DNA of 64,000 nt, from assembly GCA_028534125.1 (NCBI GenBank), contig CM052832.1:4092001-4156000 (forward strand). Reading direction: 5' to 3'. Numbering within the stretch: the first letter of the stretch is position 1; every line of letters begins with the position of its first letter. Below, in pieces: positions 50,023 to 62,413 of the stretch. Position numbers and translations under genes: made by a program. The notes below the pieces were generated by a model. That model did no database searches. It was given only the letters and a program-made list of their open reading frames with translations, and was not told where the DNA came from. This DNA is from Lama glama. Its lineage: Eukaryota.

Positions 50023-50206
50023 CAGTGGTTGTCGAACTGTAAGCCTCAGACTGGGAGCATCAGTCATTCCCTGGGAACTTGTTAAAATGCAGATTCTTGG
50101 GCCCCATGCCAGGTTTACTGAAACAGGAACTCTGGGATGTGTCCTAGCAGTCTGTTTGAGCAGTCCCTCTGTGGGATGCTGACTTATCCTTAATACGAGA
50201 ACTGCC
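50023..50206. mobile_element. hAT-Charlie MITE, MER5A-like
   Basis: cagtggtt...cctgggaacttgttaaaatgcagattcttgggcccc...tactgaaacaggaactctggg...gagaactg. Confidence 0.8.
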
Positions 50207-51139
50207 CTCAACTAACAGGGCAGAGACAGATGAACAGAGAGTGTCAAATGATTATCATCGAGGCTTTGAGGGCATTAAGGACCACTCAGAAGAAACGCAG
50301 CAAACGGGAAAGGACCAGATTCTAGGGGAAGAGGGCTGGAGAAAGTGGGGGCGGGGCAGTTAAGGAGGAGGCGATTGGAAGCAGGAGCAGCCAAGCAAGG
50401 TCAGGAGGCGGGTGTGCACGACCCAAAACAAACAGCTGAAAGACCGAGAACCCAAGTTCCAGAGGTTACTGGTGACCGAGAGCGGCTGGGAGCGGTGAAG
50501 AACCAAGGCGGACACACTGTGCTTTAAGGACTGTTTTCTTTGTTATCCAAAGGCTCACAGGTCCAGGACCCAAAGCAGAGAACGTGATGCGGGGTCCCTT
50601 TCCCACACCAGACTGACTCAGAGGGAAGTAAGAAGCCTGAGCATTGAGATCCCCAGCAAATGATCGTTTGGGCGTTCAGTGCAGATCAAGGCTTAAGATT
50701 TGAACGTTCAAAATGAAAAGTCCTCTGGAAAATCGGAGAAGGATGCCTCCGGAGACAACTGAGATCCCACTGCTGTCCCTGCTCAAATGCTGTCATCTGA
50801 GAGATGGAGGCTGCCCCGAGCTCTCCCCACAGCCCAGGCCGGATGCCGTCTGGCTCACAGCACACCCGTCACCTGTTGACTGTTGCTTCTTGCACTCCAC
50901 TCTCTTCTTCCGGGGGTTTAATCTCCTTCTACCCACTTTCAAAAATCTCATTCAGCAACACTGCGTGGATGGGAACCTCCCAGCCTTTGTCTAAATGAAG
51001 TTCTAAGTTGCCTTTTCCCCCACCGCTCACTTCTCTGAAGATGCTCCTCCCACGACCCCTCTGCTCTGGTTCTGCTGGTGAGAAGCTCACTTCCCATGTA
51101 AATGTCGTTCCTTGGTGGGTCCTATTTGCCGCTTCATGG

Positions 51140-51700
51140 TTGGTGTTCTGCACGTTTCCCAAGATGAGTCTTAGGTGGATTTATTTTTCTTTATCCTGCT
51201 TGATGCTCATGGTGCTTCCTGAGTCTGAGAGTTCACTTGATCATCGAATTTAGTAAATGTTCAGTCATGGTTGATTCAGTTAAACAGCCTCTGCTCACCA
51301 CTGCCTTTCTTCTCTGCATCTTCTCCTCTGTTTCTTCTCATTTCAGGTCTCAGTACATCATTGGTTCCTTTTCTCCCCAAGCTGCATCTTGAACAATTGC
51401 CTTAGATACGTCTTTCTGTTCACTAATGCTCTAGCCAAGCCTAATCCAGGTGTTGGACACATCAAATTAGGTTTTATAAAATTTCAATTACTGTATTTTT
51501 TTCTGTTTCTTTCTAGAAGTTCTATTTGGATTGTTTTCAAATATGTCTATTCTGGTTCATAATGGGATTTCAATTTCCTCCTGTGGCTTCTATGCTATTT
51601 TAATTATTCAAAATATTTTTATTTAAAGTTGCTGTTGGATTTTTCCATGATCTCAGTGTCTTAGGACCCATCATGTCCTCATGTGGTTGACAATTTTTAT
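51140..51700 (-). mobile_element. Ancient L1 (L1M-type) internal fragment
   Basis: T-rich antisense L1-like sequence (ggatttatttttctttatcctgcttg; ttctagaagttctatttggattgttttcaaatatgtct). Boundaries are approximate. Confidence 0.55.
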
Positions 51701-52874
51701 GGCACGGTCACCTGAATTTTTGTTTTCTTTTCGTTTCCTCCTGGGAAGCTGGAGATTGTGGAGGTCTTGTTACAGAGAATTTTGCGTTTGTTTCTTGCTC
51801 GCGTTCTTGGAATTTCACTGGTCCGGGATCAGTTTTACATTAATTTACCATTGAGGGAAGTCCTGTGGCATGCGTGGAGTGAAAATTAGAGGCCATGCAC
51901 ACAGCTTGTGCAGGCAGGCCTAGTTTTATAATTTCTCGCAGGAGACTTTTTGTCCATCCATAGCCCAGGGCAGAAAAATGCATCGGGGTCACTCCCCTGT
52001 GCTGGGGATAGTCTTTTTAGTTCTATCACTGAAGGTTTCTGGCTTTGTCTAACCTCAAATTCTCCTCCTCTTCTCTTGACCTTATTTGAGCTTTCAAGCC
52101 CAACTCCTTGGAGCCTGTATCTAATCTGACATCCTTCTCAGCATTGGTGGCATCAGGTCGTGAGATCTGTGTTCTGACTTTAATTTCCTTCTTCATTTCT
52201 NNNNNNNNNNNNNNNNNNNNNNNNNNNNNNNNNNNNNNNNNNNNNNNNNNNNNNNNNNNNNNNNNNNNNNNNNNNNNNNNNNNNNNNNNNNNNNNNNNNN
52301 NNNNNNNNNNNNNNNNNNNNNNNNNNNNNNNNNNNNNNNNNNNNNNNNNNNNNNNNNNNNNNNNAAGGTTTCGCTGCATCTGACATGCTACAGAAAACAG
52401 GAGGTAACAGACACCCACATTTATGGACATCTTAAATATATAATACTCAGCACTCTTAAGTTTCTGTAACTACTTGAGGTTGTTGGCAACAATGACTTGA
52501 AGCAATTCTGTTCTATGTCTCTCTTTTGCTGTGACCAGGCTGAAATGATTCATCAGTGTTTTTTGTTGTTCTGTTCTCACTGCTTGCCACATGGCTCATA
52601 TTTTCACAAATGAATTACTGTGCTAGTAACAAAAAGGGCTATTAACCGCTTCTACAGGATGAGCAGGTGGCTGGGTATCAAAGGCAATTGCCTGTCAAAG
52701 AACCAGTCCCCTCCTCTCAAGCTGGAGTGGCCACCACAGACCTGGCTTGGTGTCAGGGAACATTTTATTTTCTATCTTCTCCCTCTTCTTTTTCCCTGTC
52801 CTCAACCTGAGCTGATGGATCTCAAAAGTAACTGTAATTCTATAGCACTTCCGAGTACATCCCATTTCCCACTT

Positions 52875-53125
52875 GTATCAGTCAGGATAGGTTAGGTTAT
52901 GCTGTCATAACAAACATCCCAAAAGAAGTAGTCTAAAACATTAAGATTTCTTTCTTTTGCATCTCTATGACTTTTGTGGAGTATGAAAAGTGTCACTCTT
53001 CACAGTCCAAAGCAAGGCACATGCCACTCATAACCTCAAGGATGCAGGTACTAGTCCCATCATACGTTAGTGAGAAGGACTGGAAATACTTGGTGGACAG
53101 AACTCATGGCTACCACAACTCTCCA
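52875..53125 (-). mobile_element. Old MaLR LTR fragment (MLT1J-like)
   Basis: tgtatcagtcaggataggttaggttatgctgtcataacaaacatccc is a typical old MLT1 terminus. Confidence 0.55.
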
Positions 53126-53675
53126 CGGCAGCCCTCGGCAAGTAACCACACCCTGACCTGCTCTGACCAGCTTGTGGCTGGAAAGGCCAAATACCATGTA
53201 TTATACGCACCTTCCACAAATAGTGGCTGCTTGGCTTATCTGATACTGTGGAAAGCTGGACTCATTTTTCATATAGAGCAGTGATATTTCCTTCTCAGAA
53301 CTATGAAGTCATATGATTCTATGGTTTATGGGTCACTTTAGTTGGATGTTCTGAGAAAGGATGTATCACTGTCCCCACTTGGTATATGCTCAAACTAAGG
53401 TTAAGAGAAGGGGTGAAGTTAGGTGTTCCTCAGTTTTTGCCCAACTGTCAAATGGAACTTGTCAGACCCACTTTGCCGGTTTCTTGTGAAAGAGATAGAC
53501 AACAACATACATAAAACCCCTAGGGTGTTGTATCAGCAAAAATGAATCTGCTTTCCAGTACAGAGACACAGGAGATTAGTGAGGGATGGATTGGCCAGGG
53601 ACTTCTTTACCAATGAGGTGGGACTTGAGCTAAAGGCATTTCACTTGGTATAAAACAATGATTTAAAAATCAGCA

Positions 53676-53889
53676 GTGTAACTGCTATATACAAAAAAGA
53701 TAAACAACAAGTTTCTACTCTATAGCACAGGGAACTATATTCAATATCTTGCAGTAACCTATAATGAAAAAGAATATGAAAAGAATAGGAAAAGGAATCT
53801 ATGTATGTCTAAGTATGACTGAAACATGATGCTGTACACCAGAAATTGACACCACATTGTAAACTGACTCTACTTCAATAAAATAAAAT
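53676..53889 (+). mobile_element. L1 3'UTR insertion with TSD
   Basis: gataaacaacaag...tatagcacagggaactatattcaatatcttg...gctgtacaccagaaattgac...tacttcaataaaataaaata. TSD aaaatcagca at 53666-53675 and 53890-53899. Confidence 0.9.
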
Positions 53890-53977
53890 AAAATCAGCAA
53901 CAGCAACAGTGAAAATATATCTTCCTGGCTCTTAAAAGGGCCTTACTTATTCCAAATTTTAAAAAAAGTTAAAAAAA

Positions 53978-54190
53978 ATAGCATTACTCTGTGTGAAGCT
54001 CTGTTCTAAGCATCTTACAAATATTCACTCATTTGATCTATGTGATAACTGTATAAGTACCACTACTGTTGTGATTTTATAGACAGCGAAAGTGGGGCAC
54101 TGAGAGGTTAAGCTATGGGCTCAAGGTCACACAGGAATGGAACTGGGATTTGAACAGTCAGTCTGGCTCCAGAATCCCTGCTCTTAGCCA
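53978..54190 (-). mobile_element. MIR SINE
   Basis: attttatagacagcgaaagtggggcactgagaggttaag...tcaaggtcacacag...gggatttgaac...gtctggctccaga. Confidence 0.8.
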
Positions 54191-55212
54191 GTAGAGTCCC
54201 CTTGCATTTCGTAATGCAGCAAATAGAGTCTGTTTGGAACAGCAACGCCTCTCGAAGAATCTGTCATTTCTACTCCCCAGAAGCAGTAAGGAGTGTGCAG
54301 CGCCCCTCACAAAGCCAGGAGGTGGCCCACTCTTGCCTCTCGCTGACAGTGGAAGGCGTGGCCGGGGCACGCCGTGTTCCTGGCGGCTGGTGAGCCAGAG
54401 AGCAGCCGTGTTGCTGTAAAACCCATATGTCACTTTTCTTTTAACATCTAAGTTTCCACAAGTTCTTATCTACAGATGGCTATGAAATTTACAGACTTTT
54501 TTTTAGTACCTATTAAGTATTTTATGCAACCTTTAATACCTTGCATCACAATTGGATCAAACATGTTGCAGTCCCATTTATTGGTTTAGCAGACTAAGTA
54601 CAGTGTAACAACTGTGCTGGAATTTTAATTTATTTCACAATGTAGATAGGGCCTCTTTCTCCCTTTTAACTCTACAAATGCTACAGAGGCCTTTCCAAGA
54701 TGCTATTTTGATGTACTCCACTGTCAAGTCAATGCAATATTAAAGTAATTATGAATGATCTAGACAGTGTCCTAGTCTCAGCTGGTCTTTGTCATAGGTA
54801 AGGGGCTCTTTGTTCAGTTCCTTGTGCACTTGATTTTGGGTCTGAGATCATTTCTCATTGGTACTATGTACGTGTTTTGTCGAGTGATTGGAGAATTAAA
54901 CTATCTAAACAACAACTTTTCCAAATTCCATAGAAACCAAGAAGGGTTGAGTAAGCTAAATGGCCCAGGTAGGGAAGCCTTTCAGTGAGAATTTCTACGT
55001 ACGGAGATCACTAAATAAGTAGCCTGTGACATTCCTTTATTTGCATAAGCAGTTAACCCCAATCCAGGTGATTATTTCAAAATAAATTAAAAGTGAAAGA
55101 AATTTATGAGCAGAGAGCTAGAGGGTTTCTACCTCTGCTGGAAATAAAATATAAAATAAGTAAAACACAGCCTCCCCCTGTAAGTAAAACAGAATTCAGA
55201 AAGCTCATCCTT

Positions 55213-55345
55213 GGTGGTGGGGGTGGAAGGGAGGGGGTAGAGCTCAGTGGCAGAGCACCTGCTTGGCAAGCACAAGGTCCTGGGTTCAATCCCCAGTGTC
55301 TCCATCAAGTGGGGAAAAAAAGAAAAAAGAAAAAAAGAAGAAAGC
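55213..55345 (+). mobile_element. Short-form camelid tRNA-derived SINE with TSD
   Basis: GGGAGGGGGTAGAGCTCAGTGGCAGAGCACCTGCTTGGCAAGCACAAGGTCCTGGGTTCAATCCCCAGTGTCTCCA followed by an A-rich tail. TSD aagctcatcctt (55201-55212) and aagctcctcctt (55346-55357). Confidence 0.9.
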
Positions 55346-57238
55346 AAGCTCCTCCTTCATTGGCCCGCTACCCATTAATTTTAACTAGATCACAAGTCTC
55401 TCCTGTTACCAACCAGTGGTTGAGGGGTTAATGGAATCAGGGAGGGGGAGCTGATGAGTGATTCTTGCATGAATAATAATTCCTGAGTGGGAGCGAGGTG
55501 TCCCACCTCCCTCCCCATTTCAAGGTACTTCAGGCTCAACTGAATATAAAAATTAGACAGTGTTCTTTCTGTTTCATACATCACCCAGCAGAACACAGCT
55601 GGCTGTTGGCTCCGGGGCAAACACATTTGAATAGACAAAAAAAGCAGGCCGTGTTGGGGTAGCTTGACTGAACTACCCTTCAACCTGGATTTTTTCTTAT
55701 TCATTCATTTATTCATTCATCTATTTATGTGACAAGTTAGGAGGCCTTTGAAAAGTTCCCCAAATTTTCAGAATATCCCTTCTTTTAATAAGGATGAGTT
55801 CTCCGCCGAAATCTTGTTTTATCATCTACCAATGCAATCACCAGCATCATCATCTCACCTGCTATGAATCTCAAAGTGAAGAGGGTGTTCTGAGGCTCCG
55901 GATTTCAGAAGGCTGAAAAGCAAAATGCTGCCAATCTAGACTTACTCTCTGGCCCTCCTCACTCTTTCCTTCCAACATTTGGGAATCAGCATTGCTTTAC
56001 AGGTCTAATGCCAATTCATAAAGTTATACTCTCCTGTAAGTCCTATGAAAAGTATCCCCCTGGGATAGTCACCCCCACCTCTTAGGGTTGTGGGGAGCTC
56101 CCCTGCTCATTCTGCCACCAAGCTGAAGATTTTGCTGACTTATCATGGTTCATAAAGCAAACAATGGAATCAGGAGAAGCAGAGGCATAAGGGAGAAGAA
56201 GGAGAGACTTTGGAATTGGAATTTCATTGTCCCTGCCTTTTTTTTTTCCTGTCACCAGGATGAATAAAGAACAAACCTCCTGTTTTAACGAATTACAATA
56301 ATACAACCCAACGGAAAATAAAAGAGTTTACCAATCCTGCTTCTAGGACTTTGCAGGGGAGACCGCCAGTGGTTTGGTCTTAAAGATTTAACCAGAGTTG
56401 TATTAAAGAGATGAAAGAAATAACAGGGGGACAGACCCTACCAATACAACAAGGAAACTATTATTTTCCCCAACTGTGATCAAATTGGCTCCAGTCTTAT
56501 GAAAAGTTGTATTTGATAATGACATCTGATGCTTCAGAGCACGTGAACAATTGCTGAAACACGTAAGAGAGAGAGAAATTGTAGGTTCCTCCCACAAAGA
56601 GAAGAATGCTGTAAGAATTACATAATTAGATTTAGATATACATTAAGATTATAATTTTGAGCTTTACAGAGACCAACTTGTTTCTTTTTAAAAATAATCT
56701 ATGCATGGTTTGTAATGCCCACATGCTTCTGTACTTTCAATGTTGCCTTATATTAGAAGCATTTATTCACTTTTTTGCTTTGGGGTTTGCAGGTACATAT
56801 GCACACGGACACTTTAATGGATACTTTGCACAAAAATGACAGTATCTGCAGAAAAACACATAAAGTTTTGATAAAGTTACCAGCATAACAAAATCCACTT
56901 TTACCGCCTCCTTTTCCCCCCAACTTTTTCAACTTTACTCTTATATAAGCCAACTTGGACACCTCAGAATAAGGAAGAGAGATCTTTTATGGCCAGTGAG
57001 TATTTGATTATGTAACTATTCTGCTACTCTGGCCCAGGCAGTTGATCTAAAAGCCTAAAATTTGTGAATGTGGTCATGAATGCGTTTCTGCATTACCTGG
57101 AAGTGTACGGATTTGGCCCCGAGGATATGTGACAAATGAAGACAAGAGTGTCAATCTACAGCAGTTGATAACTAAGCCCTGGACACGAAAGAGTTTTAAC
57201 CAAATGGGGGACGGTATAAGGTGTTAGTAGCGTGGAGG

Positions 57239-57334
57239 TTTTAAGAACTGGAAAGTGGCCAAGGGAGTGACCCAAGAGAATGGAATTTTAAGAACTAGAA
57301 ATTTATTTTAAGAACTAGAAAGTGCCCAGGAGTG
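57239..57334. repeat. Local triplication of TTTTAAGAACTRGAAA
   Basis: Copies at 57239, 57286 and 57306. The first and third extend with gtg(g/c)cca...ggagtg. Confidence 0.8.
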
Positions 57335-57699
57335 TGGCAGGGAGTCTGTGGACTCCTAAGAAGACAACCTCTGTACCACTGAGGGATGGCTATCTACTCA
57401 GTGATGGCTTTTGAAGATGGAGAGGATGTGTCCTTGAGAAGTCTGCTGACTGTAGCAATTCTCAATGTGGAGAATAACAAACATGACACTCCCAAGACTG
57501 CACATGCTTCTGCCCATCCCAGAGATGCCATTATTCTCCAGGGGAATGTGTCTTCAGACAGCAAAATCCCCAGGGACTTTGTCAGATGGAGTCAGAATCA
57601 CAGACTCTCCTGGTTAAGGAGCCAAGGGGTCTGGGAGCCCAGGCCTTTGGGATAGTCAACGCCATGAGGATCCCTTGTTTATCGACGTTCACAGCCTCT

Positions 57700-58075
57700 C
57701 TCCAGACCTTTGACTTCCATCCGCTCCTCCTCTGCTGCCAATGCCTGCCCTGCCTTTGCCTTCCATCCTCGCCCTCCGAACTCTCCACTCCACTCACTTT
57801 GTCTTCCTGAACCCCACCCTTCTTCAGCCCAGGCTCACAGACCACCCGCTCTCTGCTCTCAGGTCTGAACTGAGGGCTTTTCTTCACATTCTGCACGCAC
57901 CCTGGGTCTCTCTCTGTGTATACTCACACCTCCTGGAATGAATTTGTTTATTTATTTGTTGATGTTCCCATTATATTTGGAGTTTTGTAAGGTCAGGGTC
58001 CGTGTTTGCTTTAGAAATCCACCTTTTAATAGGGTCCAGGGCAAGATAAACACCCACTAAACACTTGTTAAAATA
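57700..58075 (+). mobile_element. L2 3' region
   Basis: Pyrimidine-rich L2-like body ending gagttttgtaaggtcagggtccgtgtttg...cactaaacacttgttaaaataaa. Confidence 0.55.
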
Positions 58076-58211
58076 AAGTTCCAAAACAGGATTTTTAATG
58101 ATTTATTCAAAATGACAATTTTTTCCTTATTCTATAAAAACATCCTTTAATTAAAAATGCCAAGTGTAAGTTTTGACACATTGTAAAATGACAATTTAAA
58201 AAGATACAGCA

Positions 58212-58347
58212 GGGGCGGGAGGGTATCACTTATGGTGGAGTGTGTGCTTCGCAGGCACAAGGTCCTGAGTTCAATCCCCAGTGTCCCCATTAAAAATAAA
58301 TAAGTAAAGAAACCTAATTACGTCCTCCCTCAAAAAAAAAAAAAAAA
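58212..58347 (+). mobile_element. Camelid tRNA-derived SINE (Vic-1-like)
   Basis: GGGGCGGGAGGGTATCACTTATGGTGGAG...GAGTTCAATCCCCAG...AAACCTAATTACGTCCTCCCTC, then poly(A) running into the gap. Confidence 0.92.
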
Positions 58348-59324
58348 NNNNNNNNNNNNNNNNNNNNNNNNNNNNNNNNNNNNNNNNNNNNNNNNNNNNN
58401 NNNNNNNNNNNNNNNNNNNNNNNNNNNNNNNNNNNNNNNNNNNNNNNNNNNNNNNNNNNNNNNNNNNNNNNNNNNNNNNNNNNNNNNNNNNNNNNNNNNN
58501 NNNNNNNNNNNNNNNNNNNNNNNNNNNNNNNNNNNNNNNNNNNNNNNNNNNNNNNNNNNNNNNNNNNNNNNNNNNNNNNNNNNNNNNNNNNNNNNNNNNN
58601 NNNNNNNNNNNNNNNNNNNNNNNNNNNNNNNNNNNNNNNNNNNNNNNNNNNNNNNNNNNNNNNNNNNNNNNNNNNNNNNNNNNNNNNNNNNNNNNNNNNN
58701 NNNNNNNNNNNNNNNNNNNNNNNNNNNNNNNNNNNNNNNNNNNNNNNNNNNNNNNNNNNNNNNNNNNNNNNNNNNNNNNNNNNNNNNNNNNNNNNNNNNN
58801 NNNNNNNNNNNNNNNNNNNNNNNNNNNNNNNNNNNNNNNNNNNNNNNTTTTTAAGAACAGGTATATCAGGGAATACCACCAACTTTTGATGTGTTTATTC
58901 TACAGGACAAACCAGGTCCTACTCACAACGTTCCTGAGGCACCTCTCTCCAAAACATGACAGAGGTCAACGTCAGCCTTGGGCTAATCATGGCTGCTCAT
59001 ACATCCCTCATGAAAAATAGTCTGTGCTTTGTCCTGGCCTTGGTATCTTAACAGCCCCAAAGTCCACCCGTGGTTCTGAGCTCTGTTTAGGAAATGCCAG
59101 GTGTTCAGAGTCAAGGTGAAGGAAGACACTCTCTCTACCCACAGAGGTGATCGGTCATCATCTGTCTTTTCAAGTTCACTAGACGTTCTCATCAGTTCAT
59201 GCAAATCCTTAGAGGCCAGTATCCCTACTGTAAGGTGACTTCATGATTTACTCTCCTTTTCTCAACGCAAATACGCTGGCCTTTAAGGTCAAAAAGGGCT
59301 GAGTTTGTGCCTCAACAAAGCCAT

Positions 59325-59490
59325 GTATTGGATATAGAATCTTGGAAAGTCATTTAACCTCTATAAACCGTAGTTTCCTTAGACGTAAAATGAAGCTAAT
59401 GATAAAAGTTACCCTGTAGACAGAGGATTAAATAAGTGTGCTTATTACAGTGTCTGGACAAATACAAATGTTAGCTATTATAATTATTCG
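59325..59490 (+). mobile_element. MIR fragment
   Basis: cttggaaagtcatttaacctctataaaccgtagtttcctt...gtaaaatgaagctaatgata...aaatgttagctatta. Confidence 0.65.
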
Positions 59491-60189
59491 GTGGTTCAAT
59501 TATCCAAACCCTACCCGGCTTCTCTACAGGGGTAGAGCTTCCATCTTCCTTGGTGGTAGCACTGTAATCCTCTTCTAAGATTATTTGAAAAAGTGAACAT
59601 GAATAGGTAAGCTCATATTATTTACAGATTTCAACTAGAATATTCTTCCTTCCTTTTCACTCATCCCACTTTTTTGCTTGCATATTAAGTTCCAAAATTT
59701 TGTCCTTTGGGGTTGAATTTTTCCATGCATGATCTCAGCTAAAAGGTGATTTTTTTTTTTAATAATGTTGAAGCACAGTCACTCTGTCTACTTTTGAATT
59801 AGAAGCAGATGAAAGTAACTTATTTTACTTTTCTGCCTGAAAGAAAGGTAGGGCTGTTTCTGTGCCCAGATAATTCACTAATAACTGAAAGTATCCAAGT
59901 ATCTCATCTTCACTCAGGAAGTCTCCTGGCTAATTATGAAAATATTAATTAAGTTAGGAGCAATTGAGAAAAGTTACTTTGAACCTGCTCAGTGTGAGCT
60001 GGTATTAAGTTACTACTGTATTTGGGTGGAGTCAGGTTTCTGAAACATCTGGGAACGGATTCCCACTGAACATAACTATGGCTTCATGGTCTTCTTTCCC
60101 TAGGGAAAGAGATCGGTATTCTACTGTGAAGTTCAGTTTGTCATTCAAATACATGCCAAAACCCTTCCAGAATACATTGATTTGGGGTT

Positions 60190-60635
60190 CTAGAGATTGT
60201 CCGTTTGCCCCTCCAGACCCACTGTCCTGCACTGTACCCAGGGAGGCTGACCTATGACAGCATCCTTGGGTTCATTTCCCCAACGGCTTCTAGCTGATCT
60301 CAGCCAGTGGGCTTAGAGGGTGAGAAAAAGGTGAAGTTGAGACGTATTCCCTGCTCCCCTCATGCTTGGTTGCTATGGGCTGGCCCCACTTCCCTACCAG
60401 GGGCCCCTGTCCTGCTCCTGTTCCCACACCTCTACTGCCTGAGGTCCTGGGCCGTCTCTCCAGACCTCTTCCATCCTCCTGCCCCTTAAGGCCCAGGATG
60501 GTAGTGACTTCCCGATGTGACTAGCTTGGGGCTATGGCACACCCTTTGTTGGTTTCCTTAAACACCACCCACCCAGTTAAATGCGTCACCGTATACAACT
60601 TCCTGAAATTATCCGCCTTGAATGTGCCACAGCCT
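60190..60635 (+). mobile_element. ERVL solo LTR (LTR33-like)
   Basis: ttgcccctccagacccac...gggaggctgacct...tgccccttaaggcccaggatggtagtgacttccc...ccctttgttggtttccttaaac resembles the LTR33 consensus as recalled. Confidence 0.7.
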
Positions 60636-60816
60636 ACTTAGTGTTGAAAAGCTTTTAAACCTATTCAGATTCTGTTCCCCCTGCCGGGCATTACCATTCC
60701 CTGTCTCACCTGCCCGGGGAAATTCCACTCATCCTTTGAGATCAAGGATTTCAAGGACAGCTCTTCTGTGCAGCCTTCCTTCTGGCCCTCTAGACAGTGA
60801 GCCCTGCTCTTCCCTG

Positions 60817-61052
60817 GGTTAAAGTCTTGAGCCAGGTGGTGTGGGTTCAAGTCCTGGCTCCACTACTTACTGGCTATGTGACCTGGCATCAAATGAGTTG
60901 CTTAACTTTCCCAGGGCCTCAAATTTCTCACTGTAAAGTAGAAATAATTATATACTTTACCTTGTAGAATTATTGTGGAAGTTACATTAGTCAATACTTT
61001 TAATGGGCTCAGAGCACTGCAGGAAACATTTGAACCAATAAACATTATTATT
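60817..61052 (+). mobile_element. MIR SINE, near full length
   Basis: gggttcaagtcctggctccactacttactggctatgtgacctgg...cttaactttcccagggcctcaaatttctcactgtaaa. Confidence 0.85.
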
Positions 61053-62019
61053 ATGGTGGTTGTTATTATAGTTACTTTTAATCTACATCACTAGGTTGTC
61101 TGTACGATGCCACTTGGTCTCCCCGGCCTTGGCCTCACACTCGTGGCTTTTCAACAAGTGTGTACTGAATCTTGGAAACGAATCTTGTAGTAAATATTCT
61201 CTTTCCTGGAACACTTTTCACGTCCAAGGAGAGGCTCACTGGAAGCTGTGTGAGGTGCAGAATTCCATTCTGACGTTTTTAGGGAGCTGCATTTGCAGGG
61301 GAATAAAAGAGCTCAGGCGGTGGGATTGCAGATACTTTGGATTCTCTGGGAAACCCCTGCAGGTGAAAAAGTTACAAAGAACTGAACAATGTCAGAAAAA
61401 AGAAAACGCTTCCAGGATTTCCAGTACACTGGGCTTTAGAAACACACACAGAATTGAAGAGAATCCAGCATACACAACACTTCAAAGCAACAAACACAGA
61501 TGAGAATCGGACGGGGTGCCTACCGAAGACTGCTGGCTTTCCAGAAGCCAAATTTTCAAGAAAGTGATCGGTAACCTACTCAATCTGACTTTTTTTTTTT
61601 TTAATTTCACAGAAAGTCATTGTCTGAAATGACAAATTCCAAGAGTTCCATCTCCTCCTTGGAGGTTCCTGCTGGTTAAAAAGTCTGCAACAGATAAAAA
61701 CTGTTCATAGGAAACTAATTTGCTGGACAGCATGACAAACTGATTACTGAAGTGCAAATTAAATGTTCAGGTAAGGGATGGATGCACATAAGTTGAAACA
61801 AAGTGAGATTCTAAAATCTATGCTAGAGAGTCTATTCCATTTCTGGGCCTTATGTTTCATGTCTAGACCCACCCACCACAAAAACCCTGGTTGTCCAGCC
61901 ATCAAGTCCAGCTTTTCCTGGAAAGGGAAAACTTTAAATTAGAACGAGGAAAGAAGCAACAGAAGTTAAGTAATTAGATACTGTCTGCTCACTATTCACA
62001 CGGTGACTCACTGGGAACC

Positions 62020-62160
62020 TTACATGCATTAGTGCCTTCAATAATTATGATCACATGAGCAATAGTCTCACCAGATTCCTTATTCTTATTCTCAGTACAC
62101 AAATGAAGAAACTGAGGCCCAGGGATCAGTAATCTGCTCTAGGCCACACAACTAATCATA
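62020..62160 (-). mobile_element. MIR fragment
   Basis: acacaaatgaagaaactgaggcccaggga...aggccacacaacta. Confidence 0.6.
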
Positions 62161-62200
62161 ATCTCTATTTTTTTCATCATTTACATTATCTTTATCTAAT

Positions 62201-62413
62201 CAGAAGTTTTCAACACATGCAGCATCTCTTCTCCTGCCCCTAAGGAACATTTGGAAATGTGGGGAAGATTTTTTGTTTGTCACACTTTTGTGTGATCTTT
62301 TCTGTTTGTTGGCGTGCAGTCAGGTGTGCCACCCTACCTGCAAAGTCTGGACAGCACTGCCCAGAGAAATGAGCCTTCCCCAGGCCCCTGCATACCTCCT
62401 TTGAAAAACACTG
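62201..62413. mobile_element. hAT-Charlie MITE relic (MER20-group)
   Basis: Inverted termini CAGAAGTTTTCAA and TTGAAAAACACTG, with internal acatttggaaatgtgggg...ttgtcaca. Confidence 0.55.

Noticed and set aside
55228-55305. tRNA-like sequence with A and B boxes (also 41451, 58212, 1729)
   Set aside because: A-tails, TSDs and divergence from a pairable cloverleaf mark these as SINEs, not tRNA genes.
49758-57334. Short direct repeats as a possible CRISPR-like array
   Set aside because: Eukaryotic DNA, only 2-3 adjacent copies, and no repeat-spacer periodicity.
3066-58882. ORFs containing long X runs
   Set aside because: Artefacts of translating through N gaps.
11011-62010. Scattered AP-1 sites (TGACTCA/TGAGTCA)
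   Set aside because: I noticed about a dozen, against about 8 expected by chance in 64 kb, with no clear clustering.
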